Positions 1-9,839 of a DNA stretch of 64,000 nucleotides are shown here, one piece after another. The notes below the pieces were generated by a model. It was not told the origin of the DNA. It saw only the letters and a list, made by a program, of their open reading frames with translations, and searched no databases. The translations under genes and the position numbers were made by a program. Within the stretch, counting starts at the first letter, position 1. Each line of letters starts with the position of its first letter. This DNA is from Vulcanimicrobiota bacterium (lineage in GTDB: Bacteria; Vulcanimicrobiota; Vulcanimicrobiia; Vulcanimicrobiales; Vulcanimicrobiaceae): contig OY970223.1 of assembly GCA_963714015.1 (NCBI GenBank), positions 128,001-192,000 of the forward strand, read 5' to 3'.

Positions 1-492
1 GTGCTGCTTCTGGGCTGTAACGTGCAGCACCGTGGAGTCACGGGGCAAGCGACACCTGAGAAGCGGAGTGTCATCGCGCCGAACGGCGTGCATTGCACCG
101 GATTCATGGGATCGAAGCCGGGTTACAGTTGTTATGAAAGAATTGCACGCCGGCCCGGTGTGCGGTGCAGCGGTTATGTGGATCCGGGAAGCAATGCGGC
201 GTTACCACCCCCGCCCGCCATCTACAGCGTACGCGATATTGGAAAGGCGGGCGTCCCGAGGTTAACACCAACGCAATTGCGCAGCGTAAGGATGATCGAG
301 GGCGCATTCGGCAGCGCCCACCTTCAGTTCGTGCTGCTGCCCGAGCGGGCCGAGTTGGTAGTATTCAACGCCACTCGAGGCGTATGCGCGAATTGGGCGG
401 GCGGTTATCCGTTGCTGAATGACAATCCGGACGGCCGGCGCTTCTATGAGCCCGGCGACAATCCATACACCACGCTTACGGCGCCCGACTAG
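1..492 (+). CDS. hypothetical exported/lipoprotein-like protein (5' end probably outside window)
   Basis: 163-aa ORF from the window edge; hydrophobic start followed by GC; no recognisable family. Confidence 0.4.
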   Translation: MLLLGCNVQHRGVTGQATPEKRSVIAPNGVHCTGFMGSKPGYSCYERIARRPGVRCSGYVDPGSNAALPPPPAIYSVRDIGKAGVPRLTPTQLRSVRMIEGAFGSAHLQFVLLPERAELVVFNATRGVCANWAGGYPLLNDNPDGRRFYEPGDNPYTTLTAPD

Positions 493-499
493 ACGGCCT

Positions 500-715
500 T
501 CATCGCGCAGCGCTCTTGATCTCCGCAAGCCGCGCGTGCACCGCATTCAGGAGCGCCTCGGTGAAAACGGCTCTTTCAGCGACTTGCGCCATCGCCTGGT
601 CCGTGCGCGGGCCGCCGAACGGCGTTTGCGCGCGAGCCGTCCGGGAAGCGGCGCCCGCAAGATCGTCTTTAGCGGTGCTCAAGGCGCTCTCGAGCGTATT
701 TGCAATGTCGAACAT
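500..715 (-). CDS. small helical hypothetical protein (~71 aa)
   Basis: MFDIANTLES...RLAEIKSAAR fills the gap between neighbours; protein-like composition; start uncertain. Confidence 0.4.
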   Translation of the reverse strand: MFDIANTLESALSTAKDDLAGAASRTARAQTPFGGPRTDQAMAQVAERAVFTEALLNAVHARLAEIKSAAR

Positions 716-767
716 TGGGTCAGCATGGGCGCGGAGTATTTCCGCGCAATTGGCGAAAGATTGCCGC

Positions 768-1383
768 ATGGGCAAATCGCGGTTCGAGGCGGCATCCGAC
801 GGCGTGTTCGCCATTGCAGTCACCCTCCTGGTCCTGGGGCTGAGCGTGCCGGTCTTGCGCCGTCCCACGGACGAAACGCTCGCGTCGGCGCTGTTGAATC
901 TCCGGCTGAATTTCGTGGCTTATGCATTGAGCTTCGCGGTCATCGGCATTATGTGGAACAACCACCAGATGCTGTTCCGCACGGTGGTCAAGCTGGACCG
1001 CACGACGTGGCTGCTCAATTTGCTGCTTCTCGGGATCACCGCGTTCATTCCGTTTTCTACAGCGGTCCTGGGCAGTTATCCGCTGCTGCGCCCGGCGGAT
1101 CTGCTCTATGGTTTGACGCTGACCGCCGCGTCGATTACGTACAACGCACTGCTTCATTACCTCATCGCGCATAATGCCTTTTCGGCCGCAATCAACCGCA
1201 GCGCCATAACGCAAACGGTCTTTCACTATCGGGTCGGATTGGTCGTCTATCTCGCCGCTACGCTCATATCGTTCGCCGCACCGGCGGCTAAGCTTCGTGC
1301 TGTACTGCGCGATAACGGTGTATTACTTGTTCCCGCGCGGTGTGGATTCGGACATTCCGATCGATGCTACCGGCAATCCCTGA
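768..1383 (+). CDS. TMEM175-family potassium channel (frameshift near 1287)
   Basis: N-terminal RFEAASDGVFAIAVTLLVL signature; multiple TM helices; last helix LSFVLYCAITVYYLFP continues in another frame to TGA at 1381-1383. Confidence 0.85.
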
Positions 1384-2429
1384 GCGTCCAGCGGAATACC
1401 CGCGACGAGCTGCGTGACCTGATCGTAATTCTGAACGCCTGATGCTATATGATTGCTCTTGAGGTAATTGTTGTACACTCGCCAGGAGAAGCGCGAGAGG
1501 TTGAGATTGACGAATTGGGCATTTCGGGCTCGAATGGCCGCGAAATCTTCCCAAACTTGCGGAACGAACATCTTGTGCGTGTAATGCTGCAGCGGCGGCA
1601 GATACAGGAAGAGCTCGAGCCATCCCGAGTACTGCGCAATCGTATCGGGATCGCGCAGGCATGTAACGACCGCGATGTAGTTCGCTTCGTCTTCGCGATT
1701 GTAGCCGGCGACGTGGCTCCATTCATGCGCTTGCGAGAACGGCCGTTCGAACCAAAGCAGGTCCGGCGCCAGTTGCGTCTCCAGCGTGAGCGGATTCGTA
1801 AAACCGCTGGTCCCCGTCTTGTCCATGAACCATCCGGCGAGCGCGGGTTTGGAGGGCTGTACGTTAGGCGCCCATCCGTCGCCCAATCGCTGCACCACCG
1901 GAAGCCATGCAGTGCGCAGCTGCTCGACGTCCGCAGCGTCTTGCGCTTGGAGCCGGTGGGCTTGCGGCGCCAGACGGTTCATCTGCGCGATTGCGCGCGC
2001 GCGCAGCGCGTCGATGGCGCGGGGATTTACGCGCGCCGAATCGTACGCGGCGCGAGCCTGCACGGGCGCGCGATCGTACCCAAAGCCCCAACCCGCGTAA
2101 AACCACAGCGAGTAAAATCCCAGCAGCGCCAGCGCTCCGAGCAGTCCGCGCCAGAACGGACGAACGAAGACCAAAGATGCAACGAGCGCCAAAACGCCTG
2201 CCACGATAACCGCATCGCCTAAGCAAAAAGGCGCCGCCGGCGTTACGGACGACCAAAAATGCTGCCACCCCGGATAATAACCGTTGGTGAACTCATCCTC
2301 TACCCATGCCGGAGAAGGACGCAGAAACGCCGCCGCTGCTCCCAAAGCGATAAACGCGAGGTCGATAGGCAGCGTGAAAGACAGAAGAGAGCCGCGTTGA
2401 TACGCGACTCTCTTCTGAAGCTTGGGCAA
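1323..2429 (-). CDS. DUF3810-family membrane-anchored zincin-like protein
   Basis: N-terminal TM segments; GFTNPLTLE and AHEWSH...REDEANY (HExxH) motifs; start approximate. Confidence 0.75.
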   Translation of the reverse strand: MPKLQKRVAYQRGSLLSFTLPIDLAFIALGAAAAFLRPSPAWVEDEFTNGYYPGWQHFWSSVTPAAPFCLGDAVIVAGVLALVASLVFVRPFWRGLLGALALLGFYSLWFYAGWGFGYDRAPVQARAAYDSARVNPRAIDALRARAIAQMNRLAPQAHRLQAQDAADVEQLRTAWLPVVQRLGDGWAPNVQPSKPALAGWFMDKTGTSGFTNPLTLETQLAPDLLWFERPFSQAHEWSHVAGYNREDEANYIAVVTCLRDPDTIAQYSGWLELFLYLPPLQHYTHKMFVPQVWEDFAAIRARNAQFVNLNLSRFSWRVYNNYLKSNHIASGVQNYDQVTQLVAGIPLDAQGLPVASIGMSESTPRGNK

Positions 2430-2445
2430 GGCGGGAACCCCTGGA

Positions 2446-2835
2446 CTAGCGCTTGCTGAATTGGAAGCGTTTGCGGGCGCGCTTGCGGCCGTACTTCTTC
2501 GATTCCTTTTCGCGCGGGTCGCGCGTGAGCAGACCCTGCTTGCGCAGGACCTCGCGCAGCGATTCATCCATGGAGATCAGCGCGCGCGCGATACCGTGCC
2601 GAACGGCGCCGGCCTGACCGGCGATTCCGCCGCCTTCGGTCTTGACGTCGATGTTGAACCGCGAGCCGCTTTGCGTGGCTTCGAGCGGCTGGCGCACGAT
2701 CTGCCGCAGCGTGGGACGCGGGAAGTAGTCGTCTATGGGACGTTTGTTGATCGTGATGACGCCTTGACCAAGCGAGATCTTCACTCGCGCTATAGAACGC
2801 TTACGGCGGCCGGTACCTTGAAAATTCTCGTTCAC
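2446..2835 (-). CDS. rpsI: 30S ribosomal protein S9
   Basis: [32 protein letters not shown]-terminal RKRFQFSKR. Confidence 0.98.
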   Translation of the reverse strand: MNENFQGTGRRKRSIARVKISLGQGVITINKRPIDDYFPRPTLRQIVRQPLEATQSGSRFNIDVKTEGGGIAGQAGAVRHGIARALISMDESLREVLRKQGLLTRDPREKESKKYGRKRARKRFQFSKR

Positions 2836-2844
2836 TACTTGCTC

Positions 2845-3270
2845 CTACGCCAGCGGCTGCGGGTTCTGCGCGTCGTGCGGGTGCGCCGCGCCGTTATAAA
2901 CTTTCAGACGGGTGAGTTGGACGTTGCGCGTACGGTTGGTGGGAAGCATACCGCGAACGGCGCGCTCGATAAGGCGCTCGGGATGCTTCTCTTTGACTTG
3001 ACGCGCGGTTTCGATCTTGAGTCCGCCCGGATAACCGCTGTGGCGGTAGTAGACCTTGTTGTCCCACTTCTTGCCGCCGAGCTCGATCTTTTCGGCGTTG
3101 ATCACGACCACGTGATCGCCGTCGTCGATGTGCGGCGTCCACGTGGCCTTGTGCTTGCCCGAGAGGGCGCGGGCGATGCGCACGGCCAGAGTGCCGAGGC
3201 GTTGCCCGGCAGCATCCACGATGTACCAATCGTGTTTCGTTTCCGCCGTCTTTTGCTGGTAGGTCCGCAT
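2845..3270 (-). CDS. rplM: 50S ribosomal protein L13
   Basis: WYIVDA..LG.LA, TPHIDDGDHVVVINAEK, YRHSGYPGGLK; upstream of rpsI. Confidence 0.98.
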   Translation of the reverse strand: MRTYQQKTAETKHDWYIVDAAGQRLGTLAVRIARALSGKHKATWTPHIDDGDHVVVINAEKIELGGKKWDNKVYYRHSGYPGGLKIETARQVKEKHPERLIERAVRGMLPTNRTRNVQLTRLKVYNGAAHPHDAQNPQPLA

Positions 3271-3279
3271 AACCCGGCA

Positions 3280-3308
3280 AGTCTAAAGGAAAATCTCCGG
3301 CCCGTCAA
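3280..3308 (-). promoter_or_regulatory. sigma70-type promoter of rplM-rpsI
   Basis: TTGACG-17 nt-TAGACT on minus strand, 9 nt before the ATG. Confidence 0.6.
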
Positions 3309-3327
3309 GGGATTTTAAGCAGAACTT

Positions 3328-3360
3328 TACTTGACAAATTATTGATTGCTCAAGTATATT
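3328..3360 (+). promoter_or_regulatory. sigma70 promoter with overlapping inverted repeat (candidate MarR operator)
   Basis: TTGACA(3331)-18 nt-TATATT(3355); TACTTGA(3328-3334)...TCAAGTA(3350-3356) inverted repeat. Confidence 0.55.
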
Positions 3361-3367
3361 CCCTTCC

Positions 3368-3790
3368 ATGCTGACCGAAAATGCTGCTCTGGCGGTGGGT
3401 CTGTGGCGTGCCGACGCCCTCCTGCGCAAGCGGCTCGAAGGGCCGCTTGGCGGCGTCCACGGTATCGGCTACACCGACTTTGTGATCCTGGCCGAACTCG
3501 ATTCGGTCGTCGGCGGCCGCCTCCGCCCTATCGATCTGGCGAACCGGCTCCTTCTGACGCCCGGCGGAGTAACCCGAGCCGTCATACCGCTGGCAAAGAT
3601 TGGTCTGGTGGAACGCGTCTCGCATGAGCGCGACGCCCGCGCGAGTTACGTCGCACTCACGGAAGCGGGCAAAACCCGTGTGCGCGAGGCAATGCCGACG
3701 GTGGAAAGCGTCGTCGGAGAAACGCTCGCTTCACTGACCCGAACCGATCGTCTTACCCTTGTCGGTTTGGTGGAACGTCTCGGCTACTGA
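3368..3790 (+). CDS. MarR-family transcriptional regulator
   Basis: wHTH pattern DLANRLLLTPGGVTRAV..L...GLVER...DAR...ALTEAG. Confidence 0.9.
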   Translation: MLTENAALAVGLWRADALLRKRLEGPLGGVHGIGYTDFVILAELDSVVGGRLRPIDLANRLLLTPGGVTRAVIPLAKIGLVERVSHERDARASYVALTEAGKTRVREAMPTVESVVGETLASLTRTDRLTLVGLVERLGY

Positions 3791-3836
3791 GCCATGAAAG
3801 CATCGGGCGGCACCAGCGTCGAATCGTAGACTCTTC

Positions 3837-4631
3837 GTGCAGCAATACCAGACTTTTTTAAGCGACATTCTTGAAAACGGCATCGACAAGGGCGATCGAA
3901 CGGGAACCGGCACGAAGAGCATCTTCGGTTACCAGATGCGCTTCGATCTGCATGCCGGCTTTCCGCTCGTCACTACGAAGAAACTTCATACGCGTTCGAT
4001 CGTGCACGAACTGCTGTGGTTCTTGAACGGCGATACGAATGTCAAGTATCTGCACGATAACGGCGTGACTATCTGGGACGAATGGGCTGACGAACGAGGC
4101 GAGCTCGGGCCGATCTACGGCCGGCAATGGCGCTCGTGGCCGTCCCGCGACGGAAGCGCGATCGATCAGATCGGCAACGTCGTGGCAGAGATCGAACGCA
4201 ATCCCAATTCACGTCGGCTCATCGTAAGCGCTTGGAACGTCGGCGAGCTCGACGAGATGAAGCTCGCGCCGTGCCACGTGCTCTTTCAATTTTGGGTCGG
4301 TAATGGGCGCCTGTCCTGCCAGCTCTACCAGCGCAGCGCGGACGCTTTTCTCGGTGTTCCGTTCAACATCGCTTCGTACGCCCTGCTCACGCATATGGTG
4401 GCGCATCAAACGCATCTGGAACCCGGTGATTTCATCTGGACGGGCGGCGACTGCCATCTCTACCGCAATCATCTCGAACAGGCGCGTTTGCAACTTCAGC
4501 GCGATCCGCGTCCGCTGCCGCACCTCGCGTTCAAGCGCCGCCCTCACTCCTTGTACGACTACCGGTTCGACGACATTGCCATCGTCGGATACGATCCGCA
4601 TCCGCCGATTCGCGCAGAAGTGGCCGTCTAA
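3837..4631 (+). CDS. thyA: thymidylate synthase
   Basis: [20 protein letters not shown] catalytic Cys, [17 protein letters not shown]. Confidence 0.98.
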   Translation: MQQYQTFLSDILENGIDKGDRTGTGTKSIFGYQMRFDLHAGFPLVTTKKLHTRSIVHELLWFLNGDTNVKYLHDNGVTIWDEWADERGELGPIYGRQWRSWPSRDGSAIDQIGNVVAEIERNPNSRRLIVSAWNVGELDEMKLAPCHVLFQFWVGNGRLSCQLYQRSADAFLGVPFNIASYALLTHMVAHQTHLEPGDFIWTGGDCHLYRNHLEQARLQLQRDPRPLPHLAFKRRPHSLYDYRFDDIAIVGYDPHPPIRAEVAV

Positions 4632-4636
4632 CGAAA

Positions 4637-5122
4637 ATGCCGCGCGTGATCTTCGTCGTCGCGCACGATCGGCGCGGCGTAATGGGCAAGAACGGCAAGT
4701 TGCCGTGGCACCTGCCTGAAGATCTCAAGCATTTTCGCCGGCTCACGCTCGAGAAGCCCGTGATCATGGGAAGGGTCACTTATGACTCGATAGGAGGCCC
4801 ACTCCGGCGCCGGCGCAACATCGTATTGACGCGCGACCGCAGCTTCTCGGCGGACGGCATGGAGACGGCGCGTTCGCTGGACGAAGCGTTCAAATTGTGC
4901 AGCGGAGCCGAAGAGATCGCGATTATCGGCGGCGCCCAAATCTTCAACGCATTCTCTCCTTACGTCGACACTGCATTCGTCACGCGCGTCGAAACGGAGA
5001 TCGAAGGCGACGTGCGTTACGCGGCGCCCAACCGGGCACATACCGTTGAGACGATCGGCACGCACGCGGCCGACGAGCGCAACGCGTACGCGATGACGTT
5101 TCTGCGCTACGACTATTCCTAG
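4637..5122 (+). CDS. folA: dihydrofolate reductase
   Basis: GKLPWHLPEDLKHFR, VIMGRVTYDSI, IIGGAQIF; follows thyA. Confidence 0.95.
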   Translation: MPRVIFVVAHDRRGVMGKNGKLPWHLPEDLKHFRRLTLEKPVIMGRVTYDSIGGPLRRRRNIVLTRDRSFSADGMETARSLDEAFKLCSGAEEIAIIGGAQIFNAFSPYVDTAFVTRVETEIEGDVRYAAPNRAHTVETIGTHAADERNAYAMTFLRYDYS

Positions 5123-5904
5123 AGGAGCGGCGCGGTGACCGGCGGTTCGCGGAAGGTTTCGAACCCGTCGGCATATCGCACTCCGGCCAAATACAGTCCG
5201 CGCGCGGGGGCGGTCAGTCCCGCGGCAGATCGACTCCGGGCGCGAAGTATCTGCTGCATCGAGGCGGGATCGCGCCTTCCGGCCGCGCACTCGAGCAGCG
5301 TTCCCACGATCGTGCGCACCATGCGGTGCAGAAAACCATCCGCGCGAATCTCGATCCGCAGCAAATCGCCGAGGCGCCTCGTCTCGAGCAATTTGATCGT
5401 GCGGATCGTCGGTCCGCTCTCGGGAAGCACGCCGCAGAACGAGCGAAAGTCATGCTCGCCGACGAGCCGTTGGGCGCCTTCGCGGAAGGCCTCGACGTCC
5501 AGCGCCCACCAGACGTGGTAGGCGTACTTGGCCAGGAGCGGTGACGGATTCGGCGCGTTGTAGACGGCATAAACGTACGCGCGTTCCCTTGCCGAAAAGC
5601 GGGCCGAGAACGCATCGTCCACAGTGACCACCTCGCGAATCTTCACGTCGGCGGGCAGCAGCGAGTTTGCCGCAATTGCAAAGCGTTCAAAAGGAAAAGT
5701 CGTCTCCGTTTTCCAGGAGACGACTTGTGCGGTGGCGTGCACACCCGCGTCGGTGCGGCCGGCAGCCGTGATCTTCACTGGCGATCCGAGCAGCCGGGTA
5801 AAGACCCGCTCGAGTTCGCCGGCCACCGTGCGCAGCCTGGGCTGGTACTGCAGCCCGCAAAAACTCGTGCCGTCGTATTCGACGACGGCGCGAAGCGTCG
5901 TTAG
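5119..5904 (-). CDS. truA: tRNA pseudouridine(38-40) synthase
   Basis: VEYDGT.F.GLQ, AGRTDAGVHA, GEHDFRSF, GFLHRMVRTIVG; start codon unclear near 5904. Confidence 0.95.
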   Translation of the reverse strand, partial: LTTLRAVVEYDGTSFCGLQYQPRLRTVAGELERVFTRLLGSPVKITAAGRTDAGVHATAQVVSWKTETTFPFERFAIAANSLLPADVKIREVVTVDDAFSARFSARERAYVYAVYNAPNPSPLLAKYAYHVWWALDVEAFREGAQRLVGEHDFRSFCGVLPESGPTIRTIKLLETRRLGDLLRIEIRADGFLHRMVRTIVGTLLECAAGRRDPASMQQILRARSRSAAGLTAPARGLYLAGVRYADGFETFREPPVTAPLL

Positions 5905-6341
5905 ACTGCGGCCGTCTCCCGCTTCGGAACCGTCCGCTTCTCGTCCAGATCCAGCAGGTCCGGCCAGCTCGTCACGTCCGAGCGATCCGGCGCGATCGAG
6001 TTGCGCAGCTGCAGGAAGGACTTCAGCGATTCGCCTTCGGGCTTGCGCGTCAGCCATTCCCGGTTCCATTGCTCGATCTCGGCGGCCGATTTCTTCTCGA
6101 TGAATGGTTTGACGTACGCCTCGGTCTCGGCATCGCTCTTGGCGTTCTTGATGACGTCTAAAAGTGCTTCATGGTCGATCCCGAGAAATGCGAACACCGC
6201 CTGGTCCATGCCGCAGTTATAGTGGTAATCGCCGACGTTGCCGTGCGCTAACGCCTTGCCTTTGTCGATCGCTCTGCCGATTTGAACGACGCCGAACAGC
6301 TGCTCGCTGACGCTTCGCGGGTAAGTCTGGGTCAGATCCAC
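5901..6341 (-). CDS. DUF5069-family protein
   Basis: DLT..YPRS...LFG...GRAIDK...GDYHYNC.MD...F.FLGI pattern; GTG start with AAAGGAG RBS. Confidence 0.75.
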   Translation of the reverse strand: MDLTQTYPRSVSEQLFGVVQIGRAIDKGKALAHGNVGDYHYNCGMDQAVFAFLGIDHEALLDVIKNAKSDAETEAYVKPFIEKKSAAEIEQWNREWLTRKPEGESLKSFLQLRNSIAPDRSDVTSWPDLLDLDEKRTVPKRETAAV

Positions 6342-6434
6342 GAGTGAGGCTCCTTTGGTTACGAAAAGTAAGTACATCCCCCGAAACCCCGCTTATGAAA
6401 AGTAGGTTGCGGCCGGTCTTGGGCTCTGGCGCCG

Positions 6435-7259
6435 CTAGCGGCCCAGCCTCCGCGTGAATCCGACGAAGGGCATTACGAACGTGTTGCGATCGGCGAAGAA
6501 TCCGCCGTTGAAGTTCGCCTGATAATTCAGATACCGCACCCCGTAGGACACCGTAAAAGGTCCTGCCGGCCGCTCGATCTCCACTTGTGCCTGGATCTGC
6601 GAACCGCGCTCCCAATCCGGAAGCAATTCTTGGTCGAACGTGCCGTTGCGGTCGGTCTGGAAATTGGTCCACGTCATGTGCCCATGAAGCGCCGGATTGT
6701 AGGCCAGCCAAGTCTCCAGCACGCTCCCGCCGCGAAGCGGAAGGCGGTTCACGATTTCATACAGCGATCCGGCCACACGCGACTTGTCGTATTGTCCTTC
6801 CGTAAATACCGGTGAGACGTAGCCAAGATATTCGGTTCGCTGGTTGTAGAGCGTTTCGCCGATACCGGCCGCAAACGTTCCGGCTTTGTTCCAGTAGCGC
6901 AGCGAACCGGACAAATACGAGAGCGCAATGTTTTGCAAGCCGAGGCCGTTGTTCCCGACGGGAAAAGATCGCAGCGGCGGAATGCCTTCGGCGACGATCT
7001 CAAACCTGCCGGAGCGGTGTGAGGCTTGAATGAGCGGCGCCGGAATGAGCGGCGCCGTCGCAGTACCGCCCTGTTCGGCATGCTGGCCGTGCACGACGAC
7101 GATCGAGAGACCGGCGGTCGTGCCGTCGTCCGCGCGCACTGCCTGCGGTGCCGTCATCGCACCCAAGAACAATATCAATACGCACACCCGGTTGTTCAAC
7201 AAGGCATTTCCTCTCGGCAACGGCATAACCGGCGGTTCGATATACCGCAACGCATACAA
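6435..7259 (-). CDS. hypothetical exported, probably outer-membrane beta-strand protein
   Basis: Signal-peptide-like segment ending AVRA; alternating aromatic beta-strand pattern; start uncertain. Confidence 0.5.
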   Translation of the reverse strand: MYALRYIEPPVMPLPRGNALLNNRVCVLILFLGAMTAPQAVRADDGTTAGLSIVVVHGQHAEQGGTATAPLIPAPLIQASHRSGRFEIVAEGIPPLRSFPVGNNGLGLQNIALSYLSGSLRYWNKAGTFAAGIGETLYNQRTEYLGYVSPVFTEGQYDKSRVAGSLYEIVNRLPLRGGSVLETWLAYNPALHGHMTWTNFQTDRNGTFDQELLPDWERGSQIQAQVEIERPAGPFTVSYGVRYLNYQANFNGGFFADRNTFVMPFVGFTRRLGR

Positions 7260-7307
7260 GGTGATTCGTGTGACGCGCGATCGCGCCTGCCCGGCCGCCT
7301 TTGACCC

Positions 7308-7460
7308 TTACCGCGCCTCGCATTGCGCGTGGTGACAGCGGCAACGCTGCGGATCGATAGCGGCGCTCGTACCATCTTCGCGGCAAGCGTTCGAGCAGTA
7401 CGTTTCGCCGGCGTCCACGCTGCAGGTGCATGGTTCGTGCGCACAAATCGTGGAATCCAT
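7308..7460 (-). CDS. bacterial metallothionein (SmtA/BmtA-like), 50 aa, absent from the ORF track
   Basis: Hand translation MDSTICAHEPCTCSVDAGETYCSNACREDGTSAAIDPQRCRCHHAQCEAR*; 8 Cys and 3 His with CxxxxCxC, YCSxxC and CxCxHxxC; starts 5 nt after the lysS stop. Confidence 0.8.
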   Translation of the reverse strand: MDSTICAHEPCTCSVDAGETYCSNACREDGTSAAIDPQRCRCHHAQCEAR

Positions 7461-7465
7461 TGCGC

Positions 7466-8959
7466 CTAACCGTGCTGACGCTGTAGCGGGAAAAGGATGA
7501 CGTCGCGAATGCTGGGACTATTGGTCAACAGCATGATCAGCCGATCCATGCCGATTCCGATTCCTGCGGTCGGCGGCATGCCGTATTCCAGAGCGCGAAC
7601 GAAGTCCCAATCGGGTTCGGGAATCTCTTCGTCACCTTGCGCGCGCTCTTCGATCTGTGCCTCGAAGCGCGCGCGCTGATCGTCCGGATCGTTGCATTCC
7701 GTGAACGCGTTGCTGATCTCCATGGTGTTGCAGAAGAGTTCGTAACGGTCGGTGATCTGCGGATCGCCGGGGCGGCGCTTTGCGAGTGGGGAGATCAGCA
7801 CGGGATATCCCATCACGAACGTCGGCTGTATCAGGTGCGGCTCCAAGACGCGCTCGAAGATCTTGTCGAGCGCATGGCCGTGCGTCGGAGACTCGGGAAG
7901 TCCGAGCTGCCGCAGCACCGCAGCCGCTCCCGCCGGGTCGAGCAGCTGTTCGCGAGTATATCCTCCGTGCTCGCGCATGGCGTCTAAATAGTCGATTTGT
8001 TTGAACGGCCGTTTGAACGAAATGGTGCGGTCGTTGACGGCGAGCTCCTCTGCGCCGCCCGTTGCAACGGATACGAGCTGCGCGATGAGCGCCTCATTGA
8101 ACTCGCGCATGTCGTCGACGTTCCAATAGGCCGCGTACAGCTCGAGCATCGTGAACTCGGGATTGTGCGTCGTGTCGATGCCTTCGTTGCGGAAGATCCG
8201 GCCGATCTCGTACACGCGTTCCATGCCCCCCACGATCAGCCGCTTGAGATTCAACTCTGTGGCGATCCGCAGCTGCATGACCTGGTCCAGGGCGTTGACG
8301 TGCGTTACGAACGGCCGGGCGGCAGCGCCTCCGGCGACGTGCAGCAGCGTCGGCGTCTCGACTTCGTAGAATCCGTAACTGTCGATGAAACGGCGCGCTT
8401 CGGCAACCAGACGGCTTCGCATGATGAAGGCGTCCCGGACTTGCGGATTGACGATCAAGTCGACGTAGCGCTGGCGGTACCGCTTCTCGACGTCGGTCAA
8501 TCCGTGCCACTTGTCAGGAAGCGGATACAGCGATTTCGCCAACGCTTCGAAGGCGTGCACGTGAAGCGTGAGCTCGCCCATCTTAGAACGGAACATGAAG
8601 CCGCTGACTCCGACGATGTCGCCGATGTCCAGATCGATCCAGTCGGCGAAGCGATCGTCACCGATTTCGTCTTTCCGGACGTAGAGTTGCAGCCGACCCG
8701 TGCGGTCGGCCAGGTCGGCGAAAATGGTCTTCCCCATCCGGCGCTTGGCCATCAGCCGTCCGGCGAGGGACCAGTCTTCGCTTTCCGCATGCTGCTCGGG
8801 AACGAGGAAGCCGTATTTCTCGACGAGCTCGCCGATGTTCGTGTCCGTGCGATACCGCGTCTTCCCGAACGGATCGCCGCCGCGCGCGCGAAGCGCAGCC
8901 AGATTTTCGCGCCGGGCGTCTACGAGCGCGGCTTCGGTTCTTCCCAAGTCCTCGTTCAT
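7466..8959 (-). CDS. lysS: lysine--tRNA ligase (class II)
   Basis: RYRQRYVDLI, GGAAARPF.TH, YEIGRIFRNEG, LEYGMPPTAG.GIG.DRL. Confidence 0.98.
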   Translation of the reverse strand: MNEDLGRTEAALVDARRENLAALRARGGDPFGKTRYRTDTNIGELVEKYGFLVPEQHAESEDWSLAGRLMAKRRMGKTIFADLADRTGRLQLYVRKDEIGDDRFADWIDLDIGDIVGVSGFMFRSKMGELTLHVHAFEALAKSLYPLPDKWHGLTDVEKRYRQRYVDLIVNPQVRDAFIMRSRLVAEARRFIDSYGFYEVETPTLLHVAGGAAARPFVTHVNALDQVMQLRIATELNLKRLIVGGMERVYEIGRIFRNEGIDTTHNPEFTMLELYAAYWNVDDMREFNEALIAQLVSVATGGAEELAVNDRTISFKRPFKQIDYLDAMREHGGYTREQLLDPAGAAAVLRQLGLPESPTHGHALDKIFERVLEPHLIQPTFVMGYPVLISPLAKRRPGDPQITDRYELFCNTMEISNAFTECNDPDDQRARFEAQIEERAQGDEEIPEPDWDFVRALEYGMPPTAGIGIGMDRLIMLLTNSPSIRDVILFPLQRQHG

Positions 8960-9006
8960 AAGCCCGGACCCTTTCGCAGCCGGGCTGCCCGGAACCTTAT
9001 AATAAC

Positions 9007-9034
9007 GAAGGCCCGCGCGCAAACGCAGGCCTTC
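9007..9034 (-). terminator. hairpin downstream of greA
   Basis: Minus strand GAAGGCCTGCG/CGCGGGCCTTC 11-bp stem (one G-U) followed by GTTATTAT. Confidence 0.45.
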
Positions 9035-9056
9035 ATTTATTGCTCGAGACGCGCCG

Positions 9057-9560
9057 TTAGGAAGCCTTTTTGGCCGCCTTCTTCGTGCTCTTGATCGACT
9101 CGATTTTGTATTTGACGATTCCGCGCGGGGTCGAGACGTCGACGGTCTCGCCTTTCTTGTGACCGATCAGCGCGCGGCCGAGCGGCGACTCGTTGCTGAT
9201 GCGCTGGTTCACCGGGTCCGCTTCAGCCGAGCCCACGATGGAAAACTCGTGACTCGAGGCGCCCTTCAAATCTTTGACCTTCACGCTGCAGCCCAAGTGC
9301 ACTTCGTCGCCGGCGTAGTCAAGATCGTCGATGATTCGGGCGTTTCGAATCATGGCTTCGAGCTTGAGAATCCGTCCTTCGATGAATGCCTGTTCTTGTT
9401 TCGCGTCTTCGTATTCCGCGTTTTCGCTCAGATCCCCGAATTCTTTGGCTTGCCGGATCCGGTCGTTGACTTCTTTGCGGTGGACGGTCTTCAGATCGTC
9501 GAGCTCTCGCTCGAGTTTCTCCAGGCCCTCTCTGGTAAGGACGATCTCTTTGTCGTTCAA
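9057..9560 (-). CDS. greA: transcription elongation factor GreA
   Basis: GDLSENAEYEDAK, ISNESPLGRALIG; TTG start. Confidence 0.97.
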   Translation of the reverse strand: MNDKEIVLTREGLEKLERELDDLKTVHRKEVNDRIRQAKEFGDLSENAEYEDAKQEQAFIEGRILKLEAMIRNARIIDDLDYAGDEVHLGCSVKVKDLKGASSHEFSIVGSAEADPVNQRISNESPLGRALIGHKKGETVDVSTPRGIVKYKIESIKSTKKAAKKAS

Positions 9561-9839
9561 GTACAGACCCTCGGATGAAAGACCGCCCGCCCCCAAAGCG
9601 CACAGTCTGCCTAGTAATGAGGCGCCCGGAGTGAGCGCCAGCGCGGTTGGTTCGGAATGCCCGGGGGGCGAGCCTGCCGCTTTTCCGACAGCTTACCCTT
9701 GCCTGCTACCCTCGGACGTACCCCGAATCATACCCACGGCCGGCCTTCTCAATCATTGGCTTGCGGGCACAAATGCGAGCAGCCGTTTTGGCGCCTGCCC
9801 CCATAGCGTAATCGGCAGAAAACCGCTACAGTTTCGGGA

